Source of the DNA: Anaerolineae bacterium
Lineage (GTDB): Bacteria; Chloroflexota; Anaerolineae; UBA1429
Length of the DNA stretch: 64,000 nt
Assembly: GCA_963675785.1 (NCBI GenBank)
Contig: OY776562.1
Coordinates: 1,728,001-1,792,000, forward strand
Reading direction: 5' to 3'
The position numbers were made by a program, and so were the translations under genes. How positions within the stretch are numbered: position 1 is the stretch's first letter; each line of letters begins with the position of its first letter. The notes beneath the pieces were generated by a model that saw only the letters and a program-made list of their open reading frames with translations, had not been told where the DNA came from and did no database searches. This document shows positions 35,910-44,893 of this stretch, piece by piece.

Positions 35910-38510
35910 ATGTCAAATCTGGAAGAGAATCTCAGTGCCAAGATTCCATCCGGTGAAACGCTCAAACCATGGATCACCCTCGGCCTCTTTAATCAGGATG
36001 TGAATGACACCGTCCGCGGCCTGACACTGTTCGAGACACAGAGCACCACCGTCGGTGCCACCATGCTCCAGCAAGCCGCCGAAGCCGGATTGGCGCTGCT
36101 GCAAGAGCCTGCCGCCGAAGGAGATAGCGCTGATTTTCGCGGTGAAGAGCAGCGCTGGTCGCTGGTGCGTCGTCCAGAAAAGCTACTACAATGGGGCAAA
36201 TACAACATCGCTAACCACTTGGGCGCCGTCCTCTTGCAGAGCATTCTGACCGCCGACCAGCCCGGTGCCGTCACCTTTACCCTGGGATCGGGCATGAACT
36301 GTCTGGCGCAGGTGCTCGTCAATGGCCAGTTGGTTTATTCGGGCATCATCGGCAAAAAGCGCGGCGACGAGTATACCTTTACGGCCTTCCTTCAAGCCGG
36401 GGAGAATCGCCTTGCCGTCGGTCTCTACCGTGTAGGTCGCTTTGCTCAATTGGGGTTCCGTCTTACGTTGGATCGCGACGTTCAGGTCAGTGCTCCCCTG
36501 CCCACTGGCATGACCATCGACGAGCGTCTGACCATCGAACGCGAAGTCGTCGCTTTCCGCCTAGAGCGCGATGTCTTTTACCCAGGCATGGCTCTGGGGC
36601 CTATTTGTGAGGTCACACCTAGCCGCGCGCCTCGGGTGCAGTTATGGCCCGGCGTGCCCAGCACAGCCCGTCATCTGCGCCAGAACCCGCATACGGCTCC
36701 GCTGGCTGAGGTGAGCGCTTCTGAGGCCGGCCTTGTTACCCTGACCCAGGCCGTTGATCTACCAGACGGCCCTTACAAGATCGCCATTGACTGGCTGGAC
36801 GAATCTGGCCAGCCACTCACTGGGTTGCTCTATCATGTGCACAAATTCACGCCAGCACCCGAACTCCCCGGCCCTCAGAATCAAGAAACGCGACGCCTAC
36901 GTGTGTTGGAGCACTATACGACCAGCGTCGAATGGCAGCTTACCTGGAACCAGATATGCCGTTATGCGCTAGGACGTTACGATCAGATCGATGCCGACGC
37001 GATACGCGCCAGTTGCGAGCACGTCATCCAGCGCAAAGACTGCGCCGATTTCATGATTCAGGGCATTCTGCGCTTGCTCTATTGGGATCGCGATCAGCAC
37101 AAGCTAGATCCTGCCCTGGTAGCATTGATGAAGGAAGCGGTGCTTGGCTTTAAATATTGGGTGGATGAGCCCGGCGATACGGTCATGTACATGGGCTCGG
37201 AGAACCATCGCTTGCTCTTTCACGTAGCCGAGTGGATGGCGGGACAGCTCTATCCTACCGAAGAGTTCAGCAACAGCGGTATGCGCGGTCTCTACCACAG
37301 CACCAAGGGCCGTATGTACATCACCGAGTGGATTCGCCAACGCGGGCGCTTTGGCCTGGACGAATGGCATTCCAACTCTTACTACCCCATCACCATTGCA
37401 CCACTGGTCAACGTCTATGACTTTGCCATTAATGAAGATAGCAAACTGCGCGAGATGGCCGGTTTTGCCCTGGATTACATGCTCTTCAACATCGCCTCAG
37501 ACAGCTATCAAGGGGTCTTTGGTAGCTCCCACGGGCGCAGCTATGGTGAATATGTCAAGTACCCAGATATGGAGATGACCGCTGGCATCAGTTGGCTCTA
37601 TTGGGGCTTGGGCAGCCTCATCCCTGGCACCGAGGGCATGGGCGTGGTTTGCCTGGCCACTAGCAGCTATCAGCCGCCGGCATTGCTTAACGGCATGGCC
37701 AATGACAATACCCAGACCATCAAATCGTTGGAAAAGCACGGCCTGCTGGGCCGTGGTGCCCGCCATGCCTGTCAGGTGGTTTACCGCACCCCCGATTACA
37801 TGTTGGCCAGTGTGCAAGATCACCGCAAGGGCGAATTCGAGGCCTCGACACATCCTGCACAGGTTACCCTGGGCAAAAAGAACATCATCTTTTGGACCTG
37901 CCCGCTCACCAGCGGCGAAGGCCACGGCCTGCGCCCCGACTATTGGTCGGGTAACGCTGTGCTACCCCGCATTTTGCAGATCAGCAACGTCATGGCGCTG
38001 CACTGGCGACGCCAGCCCCTCACATGGATGACCCACTGCTGGTTCGAAAAAGATCGTTTCGATGCCTACAAGCTGGACATACCCGGCAAGAATGGCGGCA
38101 CTTGGGCTTTTTGTCAGGTAAATGACGGCTATGTGGGCATCTATTCTCAAAACGGCTATGAGTTGGGCACGCTCACCCAGTACGCCGGGCGGGAACTCAT
38201 CTGCTATGCCGAGGAAAACACCTGGCTAGTGGAATGCGGTCGCAAAGCGGATTGGGGCTCGTTCGACGCCTTTTGTGATGCTCTCGCAGCAGCGCCCGTC
38301 ACCTTTGAAAACGACGTCATGACCTATCAATCTCCCTCGCAGGGCATCATCATCTCCGGATGGGAGCAAATCCCCATTCATAACGGTGCTCCGGTGGATA
38401 GCAGCGCCTTTCCTTTGGTGCGCAGCCCCTGGGCCTATTCGGATTACGGTTCGGGTGAATTTACTCTCATGTATGGCGGAGAGCGTCAACAGTTATGGTT
38501 CAACCAATAG
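35910..38510 (+). CDS. Uncharacterised ~865-aa cytoplasmic protein, paralog 1 (possible alpha/alpha-toroid CAZyme)
   Basis: ATG 35910 after AAGGAG; conserved core RKDCADF, GFKYWVDEPG, SENH.LLFH, EWHSN.Y, HGRSYG, RPDYWSG. Confidence 0.75.
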   Translation: MSNLEENLSAKIPSGETLKPWITLGLFNQDVNDTVRGLTLFETQSTTVGATMLQQAAEAGLALLQEPAAEGDSADFRGEEQRWSLVRRPEKLLQWGKYNIANHLGAVLLQSILTADQPGAVTFTLGSGMNCLAQVLVNGQLVYSGIIGKKRGDEYTFTAFLQAGENRLAVGLYRVGRFAQLGFRLTLDRDVQVSAPLPTGMTIDERLTIEREVVAFRLERDVFYPGMALGPICEVTPSRAPRVQLWPGVPSTARHLRQNPHTAPLAEVSASEAGLVTLTQAVDLPDGPYKIAIDWLDESGQPLTGLLYHVHKFTPAPELPGPQNQETRRLRVLEHYTTSVEWQLTWNQICRYALGRYDQIDADAIRASCEHVIQRKDCADFMIQGILRLLYWDRDQHKLDPALVALMKEAVLGFKYWVDEPGDTVMYMGSENHRLLFHVAEWMAGQLYPTEEFSNSGMRGLYHSTKGRMYITEWIRQRGRFGLDEWHSNSYYPITIAPLVNVYDFAINEDSKLREMAGFALDYMLFNIASDSYQGVFGSSHGRSYGEYVKYPDMEMTAGISWLYWGLGSLIPGTEGMGVVCLATSSYQPPALLNGMANDNTQTIKSLEKHGLLGRGARHACQVVYRTPDYMLASVQDHRKGEFEASTHPAQVTLGKKNIIFWTCPLTSGEGHGLRPDYWSGNAVLPRILQISNVMALHWRRQPLTWMTHCWFEKDRFDAYKLDIPGKNGGTWAFCQVNDGYVGIYSQNGYELGTLTQYAGRELICYAEENTWLVECGRKADWGSFDAFCDALAAAPVTFENDVMTYQSPSQGIIISGWEQIPIHNGAPVDSSAFPLVRSPWAYSDYGSGEFTLMYGGERQQLWFNQ

Positions 38511-38522
38511 GAGGATTACAGC

Positions 38523-41063
38523 ATGGCATGGCTCAAACAGATTGTAAACGAGAACGAAACCATCAAGCCCTGGCTCATTTTGGGGCCCTATAACCAAGAT
38601 GTATCCGATGAGGTCATCGGCCTAACCCTCTATGAGCGTGAGGGCGCCACCGTGGGCGCCTCGCTCATGGTGCAAGCGGCTGAAGAAGCTGGTCGCCTGC
38701 TGGCCAAACCCCACGTCGAAGGTGAGCGTTGCGCTTGGCGTGGCGAGGAACGCACCTGGGAACTGGTGCGCCGCCCAGAAAAGTACCTCCTCTGGGGCAC
38801 CTACAATATCTCCAACCATCTGGGCGCAGCCTTTCTCACTAACAACGTCCAAGTGAAAAGTGCCAGCGCCTACAGCTTTGAGCTCTCGAGCAAAATCACT
38901 GGCCGTGCCATGGTTTATGTCGATGGCAAATTGGCTTTTGATACCGCTGACAGCAATCCCGAGATGCGCGGTGTCTTTCGCCGTTGGGCGTTTCAGCTCG
39001 AATTGAGTGGCACCCATACCCTTTCTGTCGCCTTGTTCCGCGTAGGTCGTATGGCTCAAATTGGTTTCAAACTGGTCTGCACCAATGCCGCCCTTACCAC
39101 CTGGTTGCCCGATACCCCCGGTCTCTCGCCCGAGGCTCGTGAAGCGGTAGAAGCCGAGATCGCCTCTCTACGCCTAGAGCGCGACATGTTCCATCCCGAA
39201 GATGATGTGGCGCTGATCACGGCCTTGGCCGCGCGCCCCTTCAAGGCTAGTTTAGAGAATGAAGATGGTTTGCAAACTGCTTCGGCTACCTTTAGCGGCT
39301 CCGGGCGTCACGTGCTGCTCCAAGGCGCTGAACTCCCTGACGGTATCTACAACCTGATTTGCGATTGGCTGGACGAAAAAGGTCAGCGTCTCACTGGCAC
39401 CCAGTTCGAGATCAAAAAGACCTCCCCCCTCAAAGCACCCTTGGGCGACGACAAGCTGGCAGAACGTCAGCGTTTGACGCTAGAGCACTATGCCGATAAC
39501 ACCGAGCGTCACAGTATCTTTGAAGCTGTAGCTCGTTACGCCCTCGGCCGTTACGACGAGATTGCTTCTCAAATCGAATACACCTGTGATTTTATTGCCG
39601 CCCGTAAGGACTGTGCCGATTTCGCCATCCAAGGCCTGCTGCGTCTCATGTATTGGGAACGCAAGGAACAACACCTCAGTGACGCCCTCAATGCCCTCAT
39701 GAAGGACACCATCCTGGGCTTTAAATACTGGGTGGATGAGCCGGGTGATACCGTCATGTACATGGGCTCCGAGAACCACCGCATGCTCTTCCACGTGGCC
39801 GAGTGGATGGCGGGACAGCTCTTCCCCACCGAAGAGTTCACCAACAGCGGTATGCGCGGCCTGTACCACAGCACCAAGGGCCGTATGTATATCACCGAGT
39901 GGTTCCGCCAACGCGGCCGCTTTGGCTTTGACGAATGGCATTCCAACTCGTATTTCCCCATCAGCATGGCGCCTGTCATCAACGTTTACGACTTTGCCAT
40001 CGGCGAAGATTCCAAGCTGCGCGAGATGGCCGGTTACACGCTGGATTACATGTGCACCATCCTGGCCACCGACACTTATGAGGGTATTCTGGGTACTACC
40101 CACGGCCGTAGCTATGGTCGCTACCTCAAGCACCCCGATATGGAGGGCACGTCATCGCTCTGTTGGCAATTGTGGGGCACGGGTAGCCTTAGCAAAGGCA
40201 CCAGTGGCATCGCCGCTGCCTTGTTGGCCACCAGCGCCTATCGTGCGCCAGCTATCCTTACCCCTATGGCCCTTGACAAAAAGACGGTGCTCGAATCGCG
40301 TGAGCGCCAGGGCCTGCACCATGGTGGAATCCAATCGGCCGAGTTTGTGGTTTTCCGCACCCCTGATTACCAGATCTCTGGCGTTCAGGATTACCGCAAA
40401 GGTGAATACGAGTCTTCTTCACATCCAGCACAGGTCACGTTGAGCAACAAGAACGTCATCTTCTGGTCTTGCCCCAACACCTGCGAAGAAGGCGGCGGTG
40501 CCCGTCCTGATTACTGGTCGGGCTGCACCACCCTGCCGCGCGTCATCCAATATCGCAATGTCATGTCCCTCACCTTCCAGCCCAGCGAAGCAGCTTGGAT
40601 GACTCACTGCTTCTTTGAACAGGATCGCTTTGACGAGGTACGTTACGAGGGTAACTGGGCCTTTTGTCGCGTGGCCGAGGGCTATGTCGCCATCTACTCG
40701 CAGCATGGCTTTACCCTGGGCGATAGAGGTCAATATGCAGGCCGAGAGTTGGTCTGCGTCGCCGAAGAAAACACCTGGCTGGTGGAATGTGGTCGCCAAG
40801 CCGATTGGGGCACCTTTGACGCCTTTGTAGAGGCCATTGTCGATGCCGACTTGCGTCCTGTCGAGGGCGGCCTAGCCTACGACTCTCCTTCTGTAGGGCG
40901 CTTTGTCACCGGTTGGGACTTGGTCCCCACCGTCGGCGGTGAAAAAGTCAATACCGAAGGCTATGCGTTGGTCGATAGCCCTTGGGCCTATTCACGCTAC
41001 GGCTCGGGTGAAATCTCACTCAGTTACGAGAACGAGCGCTACACCATCTGGCTCAATCAGTAA
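38523..41063 (+). CDS. Uncharacterised 846-aa cytoplasmic protein, paralog 2
   Basis: Colinear paralog with the same motifs and the same C-terminal W.NQ; RBS GGAGG. Confidence 0.75.
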   Translation: MAWLKQIVNENETIKPWLILGPYNQDVSDEVIGLTLYEREGATVGASLMVQAAEEAGRLLAKPHVEGERCAWRGEERTWELVRRPEKYLLWGTYNISNHLGAAFLTNNVQVKSASAYSFELSSKITGRAMVYVDGKLAFDTADSNPEMRGVFRRWAFQLELSGTHTLSVALFRVGRMAQIGFKLVCTNAALTTWLPDTPGLSPEAREAVEAEIASLRLERDMFHPEDDVALITALAARPFKASLENEDGLQTASATFSGSGRHVLLQGAELPDGIYNLICDWLDEKGQRLTGTQFEIKKTSPLKAPLGDDKLAERQRLTLEHYADNTERHSIFEAVARYALGRYDEIASQIEYTCDFIAARKDCADFAIQGLLRLMYWERKEQHLSDALNALMKDTILGFKYWVDEPGDTVMYMGSENHRMLFHVAEWMAGQLFPTEEFTNSGMRGLYHSTKGRMYITEWFRQRGRFGFDEWHSNSYFPISMAPVINVYDFAIGEDSKLREMAGYTLDYMCTILATDTYEGILGTTHGRSYGRYLKHPDMEGTSSLCWQLWGTGSLSKGTSGIAAALLATSAYRAPAILTPMALDKKTVLESRERQGLHHGGIQSAEFVVFRTPDYQISGVQDYRKGEYESSSHPAQVTLSNKNVIFWSCPNTCEEGGGARPDYWSGCTTLPRVIQYRNVMSLTFQPSEAAWMTHCFFEQDRFDEVRYEGNWAFCRVAEGYVAIYSQHGFTLGDRGQYAGRELVCVAEENTWLVECGRQADWGTFDAFVEAIVDADLRPVEGGLAYDSPSVGRFVTGWDLVPTVGGEKVNTEGYALVDSPWAYSRYGSGEISLSYENERYTIWLNQ

Positions 41064-41083
41064 CCACAAAACACGTGCCAACT

Positions 41084-41130
41084 AAAAACGGGGCACCATG
41101 GATGATGGTCATTCCATGGTGCCCCGTTTC
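41084..41130. terminator. Bidirectional terminator
   Basis: AAACGGGGCACCATGG ... CCATGGTGCCCCGTTT between convergent genes. Confidence 0.8.
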
Positions 41131-41139
41131 ATATATTGC

Positions 41140-42363
41140 CTAGTCAGTCTTCCACATAATCGGTACTGCGTAGCGGATGACAAAGAAGGTCAAGATTAGC
41201 GCCGCTCCTTGAATAATAAAGGCCAGCGGTACCCCTCCCGCATCAGCAACTGCGCCAAACACCAACCCAGAAACCGGACCAAAGGCCTGGCAGGTGCTGT
41301 AAAGGCTCATCACACGACCGCGATATTCATCCGTAGCCCGTGTCTGTAGCATGGTCTGGTTGGCAATACGCTGGACATTAGAAGCAGCTCCCAACAAGAA
41401 CGTCAGCACATAGAGAACAGCCATGCTGCGTGAAAAGGCAATGCCTATGAGTACTAAACCAAAGGCGGCCACCGAAATCAGCAGTAATCGCCCCTTCTGT
41501 TTAAGATTATGCATGCAGGCCAGAACAATAGAGGCTACCAGAGAGCCAAAGCCAAAGACCGACAGGATCAAGCCCAACGTGCTGGCCCCCATGTTCAATT
41601 GATCGCTGACAAACTTGGTCATCAGCGAGTTGAACTGCATGGCCAGGAAAAAGCGAATGATGACAATAATGATCAGCGTACCCAGAATGGTATCGCGTAG
41701 CGTATAGTTCAGGCCGTCTTTCAACGCCTTGCCTGGAGAGTCGGCGGGCGTTTCCACCTGCACATTAGGCAAATGGTGCATTGCCAACGCCGATGCGGCA
41801 TAGACAGCCGCATAGATCGCTAAAACCAGAGGAACGCCCCACCATTCGATGAAATAGCCCGAGACGGCCGGAAACACCATAGAGGCAATGCCAAGGCCAA
41901 TCGAGTTGAGTGAATAGGCATTGAGCAATAGCTTCTTGTCGATCAGTTCGGGCATTACTGCAGCGGAGGCTGGGTTGTAAAAGGCGTCGATAATGCCCGA
42001 GAAAAGCGATGAAAGCGCCAGATGCCAGACCTGTATGATGCCCAAGTAGGCCAAGAGCGCTATCGCTCCCGAAAGCAGCACCATGGCCCAACGGCAGACC
42101 AGAATGATGCGCTTTTTTTCAACACGATCGCTCAATACGCCTGCCCAGGGCGAAATAAGCACCGTTGCCAAAGCCCGACCAGCACTCACCCAGCCCAGTG
42201 CCAATGCTGAGCCGGTGATCTCATAGACTAACCAATTCGTGGCAACGCCGCCGATACGTAAGGCAGATTCAGAAGCAAGCCGGCTTATCCAGAACCATAG
42301 ATATGACCGCTCTTTGAGCGCCTGAAACGGATTCTGAAGTGAAAGGCGATAGCTGGTGGACAT
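41140..42363 (-). CDS. MFS transporter (MFS_3/DitE-like exporter)
   Basis: 'NWLVYEITGSALALG', 'AGVLSDRVEKK', 'YRGRVMSLY'; about 12 TM segments. Confidence 0.88.
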   Translation of the reverse strand: MSTSYRLSLQNPFQALKERSYLWFWISRLASESALRIGGVATNWLVYEITGSALALGWVSAGRALATVLISPWAGVLSDRVEKKRIILVCRWAMVLLSGAIALLAYLGIIQVWHLALSSLFSGIIDAFYNPASAAVMPELIDKKLLLNAYSLNSIGLGIASMVFPAVSGYFIEWWGVPLVLAIYAAVYAASALAMHHLPNVQVETPADSPGKALKDGLNYTLRDTILGTLIIIVIIRFFLAMQFNSLMTKFVSDQLNMGASTLGLILSVFGFGSLVASIVLACMHNLKQKGRLLLISVAAFGLVLIGIAFSRSMAVLYVLTFLLGAASNVQRIANQTMLQTRATDEYRGRVMSLYSTCQAFGPVSGLVFGAVADAGGVPLAFIIQGAALILTFFVIRYAVPIMWKTD

Positions 42364-42415
42364 ATCGATAAGCTCCTTTTAGCCGGCTAACAATCCAACA
42401 TGCAATGCGGTCAGA

Positions 42416-43573
42416 TCAGCCGTTACGCGCAGTCAGTGCATCGCGCATGCGTTTCAGCGCCTCAACAACCTGTTGTCTGGGCGAGCCCAGGCAGAGTCGA
42501 CAAAAGCCTTCGCCCCCAGGACCGAAAAAGGTCCCGGATGTTAGTGCAACGCGAGCTTGCTCGCAAAAAAATACATCAGGTCTATCGCCAAGGCCAGCCT
42601 CTCGGCAATCCAACCAGGCCAGGTAGGTGCCCTCCAGGGGACTCATGCGCACACCTGGCATCTCAGCCTCGATGAATGAAGATGCATAATCACGGTTCTC
42701 CGCCAAATAGATCAGCAGGTCCTCCAGCCAGGGGTCGCCGTACTTGTAGGCCGCCAACGCTGCCGTATAGCCCATCAGGTTGACGTCGGGCACCATACCG
42801 GCACGTGTTTTGCTCATCGCCTTGCGCAAGTTCTCATCGGGCACGATAGCAAAGGAGCATTGCAATCCGGCGAGGTTGAACGTCTTGGAAGGAGCCATCA
42901 GCGTTACCGTTCGCGCGGCAATATCAGGAGAGATCGAGGCGATGGGCGTATGCTGGCGTCCATCCAGAACCAGTTCGCAATGGATTTCATCCGAAGCAAT
43001 ATACATATCGTGGGCCAAGCAGATCTCGGCCATGTCCGTCAACTCTTGGCGAGTAAACACCCGACCTACGGGGTTGTGCGGGTTGCAGAGCAGGAAAAGC
43101 TTGGTGCGCTCGTCGATGGTGTCTTGCATCAAATCAAAATCGACGGTATAACGACCGTCTGCTCCGGGGGTCAGAAGCATACTCTGTAGCAAAAGATCGT
43201 GGTTAGCCGGAGCATGATGAATGGGCCCATAAACGGGAGTTTGCACCAACACACCATCACCTGGCTTGGTGATAGCGCGAGCAAACAAGTTAAAACCAGT
43301 CACGCAACCGGGCAGAAACATAATCCAGGAAGGGTCAACCTGCCAGTTATAGCGTGTTTGCAGGCGCTCGACCACTACCTCGATTAGCTCCTCCGGCGCA
43401 TTCGGATAACCAAACACACCGTGACTTACGCGCTCTCTCAAGGCCTCAATCACCGGTGGGGGGGAGGCGAAATCCATATCGGCCACCCACATGGGTAGTA
43501 CATCCTCATCATACAGATTCCACTTGACACTCTCAGTGCAACGACGATCAATCCGCTCATCAAAACAAGACAT
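42416..43573 (-). CDS. patB: PLP-dependent cystathionine beta-lyase (MalY/PatB family)
   Basis: 'SVKW', 'LPMWVADMDF', 'LCNPHNPVGRV', 'SDEIH', 'APSKTFNLAG', 'TYLAWLD'. Confidence 0.9.
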   Translation of the reverse strand: MSCFDERIDRRCTESVKWNLYDEDVLPMWVADMDFASPPPVIEALRERVSHGVFGYPNAPEELIEVVVERLQTRYNWQVDPSWIMFLPGCVTGFNLFARAITKPGDGVLVQTPVYGPIHHAPANHDLLLQSMLLTPGADGRYTVDFDLMQDTIDERTKLFLLCNPHNPVGRVFTRQELTDMAEICLAHDMYIASDEIHCELVLDGRQHTPIASISPDIAARTVTLMAPSKTFNLAGLQCSFAIVPDENLRKAMSKTRAGMVPDVNLMGYTAALAAYKYGDPWLEDLLIYLAENRDYASSFIEAEMPGVRMSPLEGTYLAWLDCREAGLGDRPDVFFCEQARVALTSGTFFGPGGEGFCRLCLGSPRQQVVEALKRMRDALTARNG

Positions 43574-43756
43574 ACAGCATCATCCTCACTTTCCACACGT
43601 CGAGGATTGTGCGGCGGAGAGAAAAAAAGTGCAAGTGAAGAAAAACAGGCCTCCGACAGATTGCACAAATTGGTGGAAAAAGTGCTTTTTGCGCTTGACC
43701 TCATTCTCAAAGCCGGGTACCATAAGGCACGTTTGAGCAAACACAGGAGGCGAGCG

Positions 43757-44350
43757 ATGAGGGAGCGTCTGGAGGCATTCCTTCGTTGGTTTAGGCAGTC
43801 CCAATGGGATGGCCAAGATGCCATGGGTACTTTTGAAGTATCGGTAGGCATTGCGGTTCTGATCTCTAACCTCATTATGGCTGCTGCCTCACGCAGCACG
43901 GTGTTGCTCAACATTCTGGCCGCCTTTTTGTTGGCTGCCGGCGTATGGTGGGGCAGCCGTTCCGAACACCTTCAGCTTCGTTCTCTCGGCAGCCGCCACG
44001 CCCCTGGCACGCTGTTTTTGGGCATCACCTGGCTGCTTGCCGGAATCGCCCTGCTGTTCTCCCTTCTAGTACTGCTCATCTCCCATCTCACCGGTCTCTC
44101 CGATCTGTCCGGATGGGCAGCGGGGCCTATACTCCTTACAGCCTTTATCGCCTCACTCTCTCTTATGCAAGGTTTGCGCCTGGGCATTACGAGGCTCATC
44201 ATCCTCGGCGGTGTTTTGGCTGTATACCTCTTTGTCATGCCTTTGCTAGTCGGTCACTTGTATCTGACTACCGCGCTGGTAGTAGGAGGCGCACTCATCG
44301 CCTGCGGCTTTATCGGGCGGCGCGTGTATCTGCACCGGCTAGAGGTATAA
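43757..44350 (+). CDS. Hypothetical multi-pass membrane protein
   Basis: ATG 43757 after AGGAGG; about 6 hydrophobic segments. Confidence 0.6.
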   Translation: MRERLEAFLRWFRQSQWDGQDAMGTFEVSVGIAVLISNLIMAAASRSTVLLNILAAFLLAAGVWWGSRSEHLQLRSLGSRHAPGTLFLGITWLLAGIALLFSLLVLLISHLTGLSDLSGWAAGPILLTAFIASLSLMQGLRLGITRLIILGGVLAVYLFVMPLLVGHLYLTTALVVGGALIACGFIGRRVYLHRLEV

Positions 44351-44494
44351 CAAAGTCCGGGCAGTTCTTGAAACACACTCGCTCCGTCATTCTGAAACAG
44401 CTGATCGTGTAATCAAGCGCACCGCCGCCGAGAGCAACTCCCCTGGCATAGGCATGGTGCATATGCAGTTTGTCCTGCATTTAGCGAAACTGCT

Positions 44495-44508
44495 AGTACA
44501 TTTGTTCT
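44495..44508. promoter_or_regulatory. Putative LexA (SOS) box
   Basis: AGTAC-ATTT-GTTCT (reverse strand AGAAC-N4-GTACT), one mismatch from the GAAC-N4-GTTC Gram-positive/Chloroflexi motif, 2 nt upstream of a -35 box. Confidence 0.6.
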
Positions 44509-44510
44509 AC

Positions 44511-44585
44511 TTGACCTCATGTTATTCTGCCAACATAACGCAACATGTAGTATCGAGACGAGAGTATACCCACTACCGCTAGTAT
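44511..44585 (+). promoter_or_regulatory. nrdD promoter P1 with tandem NrdR boxes
   Basis: TTGACC-17 nt-CATAAC; ACGCAACATGTAGTAT (44538-44553) and CCACTACCGCTAGTAT (44570-44585), 32 bp apart, resembling the NrdR consensus acaCwAtATaTwGtgt. Confidence 0.75.
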
Positions 44586-44622
44586 TTGCGTGAAATATAT
44601 GCCATTATAAACGCAAGAAGTC

Positions 44623-44651
44623 TTGCCAAACCGCTCACTTTCGTCTATACT
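44623..44651 (+). promoter_or_regulatory. Second sigma70 promoter P2, downstream of the NrdR boxes
   Basis: TTGCCA-17 nt-TATACT. Confidence 0.7.
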
Positions 44652-44660
44652 CATTCTTGC

Positions 44661-44815
44661 AAGCGGAGAGCAACCCAATGGCCTGAGCAGAGGATACCGC
44701 CGCGCTCAACAGGGTACCTCCACATTATGCAATACGCGTAACATCGTTTGAACAACCCGTTCGCCATGGCCCTCACCTTACGGTGAGGGCAACCCATTAG
44801 AGTGTCTATCCGCTT
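44661..44815 (+). ncRNA. Candidate structured RNA (cis-regulatory leader or independent ncRNA), family not identified
   Basis: Starts ~10 nt after the P2 -10 box; ends pair (AAGCGGA/TCCGCTT, AATGG/CCATT) and enclose four hairpins. Strand not certain. Confidence 0.5.
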
Positions 44816-44893
44816 ATTTCATTTATCCTTTAGCGGCTCCCTCAAGGGCTGCAGTATGACTGTCTCAACCAGCTATGAATGGAGGTCATCGAC

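Noticed and set aside
44661-44815. Assignment as a cobalamin, TPP, SAM-I, THF or c-di-AMP riboswitch, or as 6S RNA
   Set aside because: Only short fragments resemble each (CTGAG, GGCAACC, ATCCGCT, TTGAAC). Core consensus elements are missing and the fold is branched rather than rod-like, so it is left unassigned.
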